Part shown: positions 45,507 through 51,307 of the stretch, in pieces
How positions within the stretch are numbered: the stretch's first letter is position 1
Layout: the number at the start of each line of letters is the position of its first letter
Assembly: GCA_964489845.1 (NCBI GenBank)
Contig: CAZAZV010000003.1
Location: forward strand, 1 to 51,307
Origin: an uncultured Candidatus Saccharibacteria bacterium
Lineage (GTDB): Bacteria; Patescibacteriota; Minisyncoccia; UBA6257; GWB1-50-10
Direction: 5' to 3'
Length of the DNA stretch: 51,307 nt
Notes under the pieces: generated by a model
What the model saw: the letters and a program-made list of their open reading frames with translations, nothing else
The model's database searches: none
Told to the model about the DNA's origin: nothing
Position numbers and translations under genes: made by a program

Positions 45507-46640
45507 TTATTGATTATTCGTGTCCGATGACGAAGTGGTTTCTCCGTCTGATGACGATGCGTTCGCTTCATCGACCCGCGGTATCTGCGCCAGTTGCACC
45601 GCGATGTTCTGAACCGCGCCGAAATCGCTCTTCACCCCGTTTTCCAGCTTCAGCAAGTTCGTCTTTATGGTATCCCGCATGCTCTTCAGCGCGTTCTGAA
45701 CGCCCTGAATGGTCGCATTGCCCGGAATCGACGGTTCCGCCACGGCACCATAGGCGGCAAGCACGTCGTTCCTCGTGCTCGTGATTGAGTTTCGCGCCGC
45801 CGTGATGGCGTTGTAGATGCCGCTTGCCTGGTCTTTCGTGATAACACCGGCCATCACCGCTTTGTCGGTTCTTGTTGAGATATTCGTGAGCACCACGCCG
45901 AGCTTATCAAGCACGCTTATGAAGTGGTCGAGCATCCGCTTCTGCACGGCGTAGAGATTGTCGACGATATTTGCCGCGAGCTGTTGCTTCGTCTTGTCTT
46001 GAATATCCTGCAAGCTCGTTTTTGCCGTTGCCGCATTCTGCGCTACCGCGTCCTCGTACTCTGATTGCTTCGCCGCCACCGCCTCCTGCACGCTCACCAC
46101 CCGCTGCGCTTCCAAGTTATGCCGTTCCCGTATGAGGCTTGTGACAGGGATTGTGCTCGATGCCCCGCTCACGATGACCCCCGTCGTCGATGCGAACTGA
46201 ACTTTCAGTTTCGCCTCCTCATCGCTCAATTCCTGCTCCTTTTCCTGCAGCGCCTCGGCGCTCATGTGCGGTACCGCCATCGGATTCGGAGCAATGAGCA
46301 TCTGACCGGGTCCCGTCGTGCTGTCCGCGGGAGGCGTCCAGTTATTGTAGAAATCTATGATTTTCGAGACGTCGTTCACTGAACTTGTTCCTTCTGTTTC
46401 GGAATCCGTTGCTTCCACCTCGGGACTTTCCGGCATCTCGGGCTGTTCGTTCTCCGAGCTCGTCACCTCCGTGTCCGAATTTTGATTTTCCGTATCGTCG
46501 CCTCCCCCGATGAGCTGCTTCCCGAACTGGATCGCTTTCTGCTGAAGGTCCCCGAACGGCGTATCGTCGGCTTTCGCGGCATGAACCGCCGTCACGACGC
46601 TCAATGCACCGACAAGCACCACTCCCATAAGTTTCTTCAT
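45507..46640 (-). CDS. Secreted helical protein, unknown function (377 aa)
   Basis: Start at MKKLMGVVLVGALSVVTAVHA (signal peptide). An acidic low-complexity segment precedes an Ala/Gln-rich helical region. Confidence 0.6.
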   Translation of the reverse strand: MKKLMGVVLVGALSVVTAVHAAKADDTPFGDLQQKAIQFGKQLIGGGDDTENQNSDTEVTSSENEQPEMPESPEVEATDSETEGTSSVNDVSKIIDFYNNWTPPADSTTGPGQMLIAPNPMAVPHMSAEALQEKEQELSDEEAKLKVQFASTTGVIVSGASSTIPVTSLIRERHNLEAQRVVSVQEAVAAKQSEYEDAVAQNAATAKTSLQDIQDKTKQQLAANIVDNLYAVQKRMLDHFISVLDKLGVVLTNISTRTDKAVMAGVITKDQASGIYNAITAARNSITSTRNDVLAAYGAVAEPSIPGNATIQGVQNALKSMRDTIKTNLLKLENGVKSDFGAVQNIAVQLAQIPRVDEANASSSDGETTSSSDTNNQ

Positions 46641-46748
46641 ATGTATGTTAGGTAGGTTATTTGGTTTTACTGCGCCCTTTAACCATCCCAGTATACCACA
46701 CGAGCGTCCCCAATGAGAAGCCCCGTTTTTCACGGGGCTGTTACGAAA

Positions 46749-47057
46749 TCAGGGGAAAAATTGAGCAATGATGCCGTAGAGAACCGCCACGATGGGTGTT
46801 ATGGGAAATATTCCTACGGCTACGAACGACATGAATCCGAGCGCGAGTCCCGTGATGTACTGCAGAGGATTGAGCGATTCGGAAAAATCGAACCACATCG
46901 CTGCCGTCCTCTTGACGCCGCTGCCGATGAGCATGCACGCGAACCCCGCAACGCCGATGAGTACGCCCCCGAGGAGCAGCCACGGCACCGATCGGTCGAT
47001 GTCTATCTTGATTGTCCCCATCAACTCTTCCACTGCCCTATTCCTCCTTCTTCTCAA
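46749..47057 (-). CDS. Small membrane protein, unknown function
   Basis: Three hydrophobic segments. An internal GTG at 47033 has GGAGG 9 nt upstream, and an ATG lies at 47021, so the start is uncertain. Confidence 0.5.
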   Translation of the reverse strand: MRRRRNRAVEELMGTIKIDIDRSVPWLLLGGVLIGVAGFACMLIGSGVKRTAAMWFDFSESLNPLQYITGLALGFMSFVAVGIFPITPIVAVLYGIIAQFFP

Positions 47058-47103
47058 TTTCTATCCGCACTCGGAAAGATGACTGCGCCCCATTGTAGCA
47101 CGA

Positions 47104-47180
47104 TGGGGTGGGCGATGGGAATTGAACCCACAACGACCAGCTCCACAAGCTGGTGCTCTGCCAGTTGAGCTACGCCCACC
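47104..47180 (-). tRNA. tRNA-His (anticodon GTG) with encoded G-1 and CCA
   Basis: The reverse complement is G-GTGGGCG-TA-GCTC..GAGC-A-CCAGC-TTGTGGA-GCTGG-TCGTT-GTGGG-TTCAATT-CCCAT-CGCCCAC-C-CCA. Confidence 0.85.
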
Positions 47181-47248
47181 ATACTGCTGGTATCTGACGC
47201 CGATAGATTTAACTATCGGGTTGCATAGTATAAATGTCAATCATTCAG

Positions 47249-47319
47249 TCGGGCCGCCGGGAATTGAACCCGGGCTGCGAGCTCCCAAAGCCCGTGTACT
47301 ACCGTTATACGACGGCCCG
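47249..47319 (-). tRNA. tRNA-Pro (anticodon TGG)
   Basis: The reverse complement is CGGGCCG-TC-GTAT..GTAC-A-CGGGC-TTTGGGA-GCTCG-CAGC-CCGGG-TTCAATT-CCCGG-CGGCCCG-A. Confidence 0.8.
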
Positions 47320-47439
47320 TCTTCATTGCAATCTTACGTCTCAACCCATATGATTTCAATTGTAGGTGCCCCGTGCGCATCCGCTTCGGTGGCATCACTC
47401 GGCGGAAATATAAACTTCGTTTATGTTTCCGCCTCGCTC

Positions 47440-47511
47440 GCCCCCGTAGTTCAATGGACAGAACAGCTCCCTTCTAAGGAGCGGATGCGGGTCCGATTCC
47501 TGCCGGGGGTA
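47440..47511 (+). tRNA. tRNA-Arg (anticodon TCT)
   Basis: GCCCCCG-TA-GTTC..GAAC-A-GCTCC-CTTCTAA-GGAGC-GGAT-GCGGG-TCCGATT-CCTGC-CGGGGGT-A. Confidence 0.8.
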
Positions 47512-47515
47512 CAAA

Positions 47516-47839
47516 CTATTCCTTCATCCGCGCCGCGTAGGCGAACTCGTCGAAATAGCGGAGCAGGTTTTTGAGCGTGTCCTTATACTCACGCGTACCG
47601 AAGACGGTGTCGCAAAAAACTTCCCGCGCGCGGGCGATTTCTCTTTGGCGTCCCCGCCAGCGCGAGTCGGAGAGCGTCAAGTCGAAAAGTTCCAGCGCGC
47701 GCTCCGCGGCGCTCCGGAACCGTTCCTCGTCTTTACCTTCCGCATTCGCCGCCCGGTTTATCTCGCTCCCGATATTACCGAGCTGCTCCATAAGGGACAG
47801 GTCTCGCCATCCGCCGTTTGCAAGTTCTTCGTGCCGCAT
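47516..47839 (-). CDS. Helical hypothetical protein (107 aa)
   Basis: Its start lies 1 nt after the stop of the upstream 115-aa gene. I recognised no family. Confidence 0.55.
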   Translation of the reverse strand: MRHEELANGGWRDLSLMEQLGNIGSEINRAANAEGKDEERFRSAAERALELFDLTLSDSRWRGRQREIARAREVFCDTVFGTREYKDTLKNLLRYFDEFAYAARMKE

Positions 47840-47840
47840 C

Positions 47841-48188
47841 TTATCGTTTCACCAGTCTATCGACGACGCCGCGTATGTGCTCCCGTGTCTCCTTGCTTTC
47901 GATATCGCGGGAACGATTGCCGCAGTGCGGCTTGATATTTATCATCGAGTCGAATTCGAGCCAGTCGTCGCCGGACTTATCGGGGTAGATATTGATGCCC
48001 CATGTATCCTCCCGTGTCGAACCCTGCTCGGAGAGCGCGACTTCTTCGTCTGCGTGCAGTTCGCCGCCGATAGCCATAATCCCTTTCTCCACGTCGACAA
48101 CCGCTTTTACCAGGATGCCGAACTGGCGTGCGGCGATGTCCCGCAATACCTCCCTGTCTATCGGTTCTTTCACTATCCGTATCGCCAT
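47841..48188 (-). CDS. Hypothetical protein (115 aa), possibly DUF5674-like
   Basis: MAIRIVKEPIDREVL...GINIYPDK. The family assignment is from memory only. Confidence 0.5.
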   Translation of the reverse strand: MAIRIVKEPIDREVLRDIAARQFGILVKAVVDVEKGIMAIGGELHADEEVALSEQGSTREDTWGINIYPDKSGDDWLEFDSMINIKPHCGNRSRDIESKETREHIRGVVDRLVKR

Positions 48189-48223
48189 ACGTTCATTATG
48201 TTACTACATTCTCGTCTCTTGAT

Positions 48224-48252
48224 AAAAAGGCCGACTCATTTCGGGAGTCGGC
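48224..48252 (-). terminator. Rho-independent terminator
   Basis: On the minus strand GCCGACTC-ccgaaat-GAGTCGGC is followed by CTTTTTATC; it lies 18 nt after the restored ATP-grasp stop at 48270. Confidence 0.7.
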
Positions 48253-48269
48253 TTACGTACGCATACTTG

Positions 48270-49258
48270 TCATTTGAGTATCGCCCGAAGGACTTTCTCG
48301 TACAGTTTCTCGACGATGCGCATTTGCCGCTCGCCGAGCCGGGCATAGTTATCGAGACCGGCTGAAGCATTGACTTCAAGTACGACATACGAGCGCGGCG
48401 GCGTCTCAAGTGTACCCTGGACCATCACATCAATTCCGCAGTCAAGTTCATATCGTGCGCGAGCTCTGCGGCAAGCTTCCGCCAGGAGGGATGGGTGAGG
48501 GATGTTATGTCCACGGCATCCCCGCCGGTCGAGAGATTTGCGTTCGGAAGCAGTTCGACCCGCTCTCCCTTCTTCGGAACCGAATCCATCGAACGCTTGA
48601 GCCGCCTGAGGGTGTTCTTGATACGCATATCATCCGCGTTCAAGATTGTGTCACGTCCCCATTTCACGAACTCTTGCTGTTTCTCTCGGAGTAGTTCTCT
48701 CATGGAAGAACGTCCATCCCCCGTGACCGCGAGCGGCGATCGCCGGTATACCGAGATGACCTCGCCGTCCAGCACGACAATCCGATAGTCGTCTCCCGGT
48801 ACGATGCGCTGGACGAGAAAGACATTCTCTCTTCCCCTGAACGCGCTCACCGCCTGGAGCAGTTCTTTCTTGTTCCAGACTTTCGCGACGCCGCTTCCCT
48901 GGCTCTTGCTGTTCGGTTTCACGATGACAGGAAACCCGAGTTGCTTGGCATACTGGTATGCCGCTTCGAGATTTCGCCCGCTGCCTATCACCTCGCACCA
49001 CCGCGGCGTGAAGAATTCCTGTCCTTCTGGCACGGGATATCCCATGCGGCGCATAAAATAGGTGGCGTAGGCTTTGTCTTGCGCAATCGCCGCGGCGCCG
49101 AGTGTATTGAGGTCGAAACTGGCGTTTCGGAAATATCTTTTCTCACCGCGCGGTGTTATAACTTGAGCGGCGTACCCGTACTGCGGCTCAACCGTGATTT
49201 TGACGCCGAGTTCCTTCGCCACTTTTTCTATAATCGGCGTGACGAACGCTTTCTTCAT
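48270..49258 (-). pseudogene. Cyanophycin-synthetase-like ATP-grasp ligase, interrupted by a frame change near 48440-48450
   Basis: The track ORF ends ...NLSTGGDAVDITSLTHPSWRKLAAELAHDMNLTAELM* at 48425. The -1 frame continues DCGIDVMVQGTLETPPRSYVVLEVNASAGLDNYARLGERQMRIVEKLYEKVLRAILK* to 48270, which is the expected ATP-grasp C-terminus. A GAAGGAGGA RBS precedes the start at 49258. Confidence 0.75.
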
Positions 49259-49317
49259 ATTTGTCCTCCTTCACTCTATAGTTTGCTTCTCGAACTATAT
49301 GACGGTTTCGACTTCTG

Positions 49318-50004
49318 TCAACGGCCGTATACGGATTTGTAGATATCGCTCTCCGGCCGCACCGAAAGAACTCCATGGTCATACGCGCGATTATTGAAAC
49401 GCATCCCGGTTTCCCGCAGGAGCGCCAGCGGTTTCCTTTCGTTGCCTTCTCCCATGGCGAGCACGGCAGCCGCGGCGAGCGCGTCGGCAATATTCGCCCG
49501 TTCCATCTTGAATTTCCTGCCGAAGATATCTTTCCGCCCGACGTAGCTTTCGAGCCCTTCGAAACCCGCCCACGCGAGCGCGATACCGAGAGATCCTTTG
49601 CGGAGCGGAACGGTCCGTGTGTCACTTATGATAACGCCGCACTTTGAGAGGCCGAACACCGCCTTTATGTCTTTCAACAACTCGCGCGCGGCGCGGCGCG
49701 GCTCTTCAGGCAAGAGGATCACCTTTCCCGCGGCATTCGATTCGTCGACGCCGGCATTGGCGCACCACTCGCCGCTTCGGAGTGTCAGGTAACACCACGC
49801 TCCTTTTATAAACCTACTGCTTTCTTTCTTTATGGCGGTTTCTTTATTTTCCAATGGGACGACTCTGCCCTGCGACAGCGCTACCACTTTCGATGTGACG
49901 ACGAGGATGTCTCCATTTCCCAAATTCGGGATATGTTCCAGGATAAAGGGGAGGAGCTTCTCGCGCTTTTTGAATACGTGTGTCGTAATCGCTTCTACAA
50001 TCAT
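49318..50004 (-). CDS. CofE-like (F420-0:gamma-glutamyl ligase family) protein
   Basis: GDILVVTSKVVALSQGR, ANAGVDESNA, VIISDTRTVPLRKGSLGIALAWAG and MGEGNERKP. Confidence 0.78.
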   Translation of the reverse strand: MIVEAITTHVFKKREKLLPFILEHIPNLGNGDILVVTSKVVALSQGRVVPLENKETAIKKESSRFIKGAWCYLTLRSGEWCANAGVDESNAAGKVILLPEEPRRAARELLKDIKAVFGLSKCGVIISDTRTVPLRKGSLGIALAWAGFEGLESYVGRKDIFGRKFKMERANIADALAAAAVLAMGEGNERKPLALLRETGMRFNNRAYDHGVLSVRPESDIYKSVYGR

Positions 50005-50022
50005 GCTTTCATTATATCAGCG

Positions 50023-50056
50023 AAAAACAAAAAGCCGACTCAAGGAGAATCGGCTT
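50023..50056 (-). terminator. Rho-independent terminator overlapping the 3' end of the NlpC/P60 gene
   Basis: On the minus strand AGCCGA-ttctccttgag-TCGGCT is followed by TTTTGTTTTT. Confidence 0.65.
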
Positions 50057-50684
50057 TGGCGACGCTTGAGACGATAAGCCACCATACATCATCCGACGTT
50101 TCTATGGGATCTCTAAAACTCGTTGCCGGTGTGATGAGCGTTACGAGGTCGCTCCCGCAGGGGATAACCCTCCCCGCGCCACGCAACTCGCCCGTCCCTA
50201 GGAATTCGTCGAGGGGACTCTCAATAACGCTCTTTTGTTTTACGGAAGCGTGCAGCACGGTGTCTCGATCGGTTCCAATTCCCACATGGCTGACTCTTGT
50301 TGACGGATCTTGGTGGTAGTAATTGTAGCTGCTGTTCCCGGACGTGAAGAGCAGATCGCCGGCAGCAAGGTCAATGACGGGAATTGCCTTGACGACTCTT
50401 TTCTGCTGCATAGCCCGGCGCGGCAACCAGATACCCAGTATGCCGTAGCACCATTTGACGAAACTTGAGCAATCGAAAGCTTCCGGCGCTTCCATCATCC
50501 GGCATCCGACCCGATAGGAAGTCTTTCTCCTCGCGTGCCACGCGGCGATATCCACCACGTCCAACCGCACGATTCTGAATCCCCATTGCTCCAGAATCGA
50601 GCATGCTCTTTCTCTAGGAACGAGTCTGGCGAGAGCGTTCAGGTCGACGGCGCAGCGCGAGCCGACCGCCCGGTATTCTTCCAT
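50040..50684 (-). CDS. NlpC/P60-family (C40) cysteine peptidase
   Basis: FDCSSFVKWCY (catalytic Cys) and SHVGIG (His); a GAAAGGAG RBS lies upstream. Confidence 0.8.
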   Translation of the reverse strand: MEEYRAVGSRCAVDLNALARLVPRERACSILEQWGFRIVRLDVVDIAAWHARRKTSYRVGCRMMEAPEAFDCSSFVKWCYGILGIWLPRRAMQQKRVVKAIPVIDLAAGDLLFTSGNSSYNYYHQDPSTRVSHVGIGTDRDTVLHASVKQKSVIESPLDEFLGTGELRGAGRVIPCGSDLVTLITPATSFRDPIETSDDVWWLIVSSVAKADSP

Positions 50685-50718
50685 GCTTTACTCCTTTCTC
50701 GTATAGGATCTGTTCTTT

Positions 50719-50747
50719 GTTATACCCGCCCGGGCGCGGGAAATCAA
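50719..50747 (-). promoter_or_regulatory. Putative sigma70-type promoter for the NlpC/P60 gene
   Basis: On the minus strand: TTGATT, a 17-nt GC-rich palindromic spacer (tcccgcgcccgggcggg), then TATAAC, about 35 nt upstream of the ATG. Confidence 0.45.
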
Positions 50748-51208
50748 ATTAAACTTAAACGTTACGCATTTCGCCGCCTGCGGCAGCGAGGAAATCCCCC
50801 CGCGAGAATTCTGAATTGCGGCGGCTTGTACTGAGCGAAGTCGAAGTGAGCCGCTCCGCTGACAATTTCAAGTTTTTCTTTGGTGGCAAATTCCTGAAGC
50901 TCCACCAGTGTAGATGACGTATCTCATGTGGTTAAAAATTTTCTTTTCCCGATGCGAAACCGCGAATTCTCGTTTGCCCCGAAATTGCAGTATGAAATGG
51001 CCGCCGCGCCGCTTGCGGCGCACTCTGCCAACTTGCCATTTTCCAACTTGTGCCGCGGGAGGGAATTTCCCTACTCACTCTCCGCCAGCCGGCGGATCGC
51101 TCCGTCCTCGAAACCCTCGGTTTCGAGGACTTCCGACACGGGGAGACGCTCCCGCGTCTCCCCGACCCCCGCCCATGGTTCAATTCCCGTACCTTCATAT
51201 CAGCACAA
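50748..51208. other. Hairpin-dense non-coding block, RNA family not identified
   Basis: Only Arg/Ser/Gly-rich ORFs cross it. It holds several perfect stems: CGGGGAGACGC..GCGTCTCCCCG, CCTCGAAACC-ctc-GGTTTCGAGG and CGCCGC-tt-GCGGCG nested inside AAATGGC..GCCATTT. Confidence 0.5.
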
Positions 51209-51239
51209 GAAAACCATCTCCCCTAGGAGATGGTTTTTT
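51209..51239. terminator. Bidirectional rho-independent terminator
   Basis: AAAACCATCTCC-ccta-GGAGATGGTTTT has a T-run downstream on the + strand and TTTTCTT on the - strand. Confidence 0.65.
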
Positions 51240-51307
51240 ATGTCTTTATTTTACCAAGCTCGCACCTATTTTCAAAATCGCTGACAATGTGCCACGCGCT
51301 GAGCGCG

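Noticed and set aside
50762-50905. 47-codon minus-strand ORF VELQEFATKEKLEIVSGAAHFDFAQYKPPQFRILAGG...
   Set aside because: It is somewhat protein-like, but it starts only at GTG, has no RBS and ends in an Arg run. It could be a relic of a decayed gene; the evidence is insufficient to call it.
50896-50912. GCTCCACCA on the + strand, resembling a tmRNA or tRNA-Ala 3' end
   Set aside because: No T-arm precedes it and I found no complementary GGAGC 5' acceptor strand. A 350-nt tmRNA ending here would have to overlap the NlpC/P60 coding sequence. I also considered a permuted two-piece tmRNA and found no support.
50940-51208. RNase P RNA, SRP RNA, or a cyclic-di-AMP (ydaO) or cobalamin riboswitch assignment for the structured block
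   Set aside because: The minus-strand GGAAGTCC resembles the P4 5' strand, but no complementary 3' strand or ACAGAA-type motif exists. There is no GGAA/AGCA SRP helix-8 motif. There are only loose matches to ydaO (ACGGG..GAACC) and B12 (GGGAA..CCCGC), without CAGCUAAC or a B12 box. The NlpC/P60 gene also has a closer promoter. The block is left unclassified.
51238-51307. Possible 3' end of a minus-strand gene entering from the right edge (...ALSAWHIVSDFENRCELGKIKT*)
   Set aside because: Only 22 codons are visible. It is plausible because the terminator follows directly, but the fragment is too short to support a call.
1-51307. CRISPR arrays, transposases or integrases, and an alternative genetic code
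   Set aside because: The only exact repeat found is the 293-bp tandem duplication, which has no spacers. I saw no transposase, integrase or reverse-transcriptase motifs in any frame of the track. TGA terminates several well-supported genes (for example the stops at 13466 and 28955) and an SPF-type RF2 is present, so UGA recoding is not indicated.

Overview
This 51.3-kb window is almost fully coding, mostly on the minus strand, with many 1-20 nt gene overlaps. The gene content suggests a small-genome, probably monoderm bacterium, possibly CPR/Patescibacteria-like; that placement is inference only. Standard genetic code is supported: TGA is used as a stop and an RF2 with an SPF motif is present.

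Layout:
- 1-4.2 kb: tRNA-Gln, a stand-alone ATP-cone protein, ftsX-ftsE, an RF2 lacking domain 1, tRNA-Thr, a zinc-ribbon mini-protein, a 51-aa SPW-repeat ORF missing from the ORF track, and a DsbA-like oxidoreductase.
- 4.2-35.3 kb: a roughly 31-kb glycan-assembly locus. It holds a priming phosphoglycosyl transferase, two MOP-type flippases, AsnB-like amidotransferase, WecB and six glycosyltransferases. It also holds four methyltransferase genes, a split transketolase, an RfbB-like dehydratase, Gmd, a His-for-Lys sugar 3-dehydrase, SDRs, a short UGDH-like protein and a Wzy_C/O-antigen-ligase-family protein with a TPR-like partner. Base composition is a mosaic.
- 35.5-38.9 kb: a 1150-aa Thr/Ser/Gly/Val-rich surface protein with a peptidoglycan-binding domain, directly upstream of that locus.
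- 39.3-46.7 kb: membrane protein, clpB, htrA-like protease, cysteine desulfurase, two secreted or anchored hypotheticals.
- 47.1-47.5 kb: tRNA-His, tRNA-Pro, tRNA-Arg.
- 47.5-50.7 kb: a two-gene cassette of unknown function, a frameshifted cyanophycin-synthetase-like ATP-grasp ligase, a CofE-like gamma-glutamyl ligase and an NlpC/P60 peptidase.
- 50.75-51.2 kb: a hairpin-dense non-coding block that I could not assign to any RNA family.

I saw no CRISPR array, rRNA, transposase, integrase or reverse transcriptase.

Most notable observations:
- A base-perfect 293-bp tandem duplication breaks an FkbM/CgeB-like fusion gene.
- The surface protein is juxtaposed with a Wzy_C enzyme and a large methyl/deoxy-sugar toolkit, a candidate protein O-glycosylation system.
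- The deoxysugar block combines a 3-dehydrase with a split transketolase.
- RF2 lacks its N-terminal domain.
- Two unrelated amide ligases and an NlpC/P60 peptidase sit in adjacent minus-strand transcription units.

All family calls come from motif recognition by eye; no database search was run.
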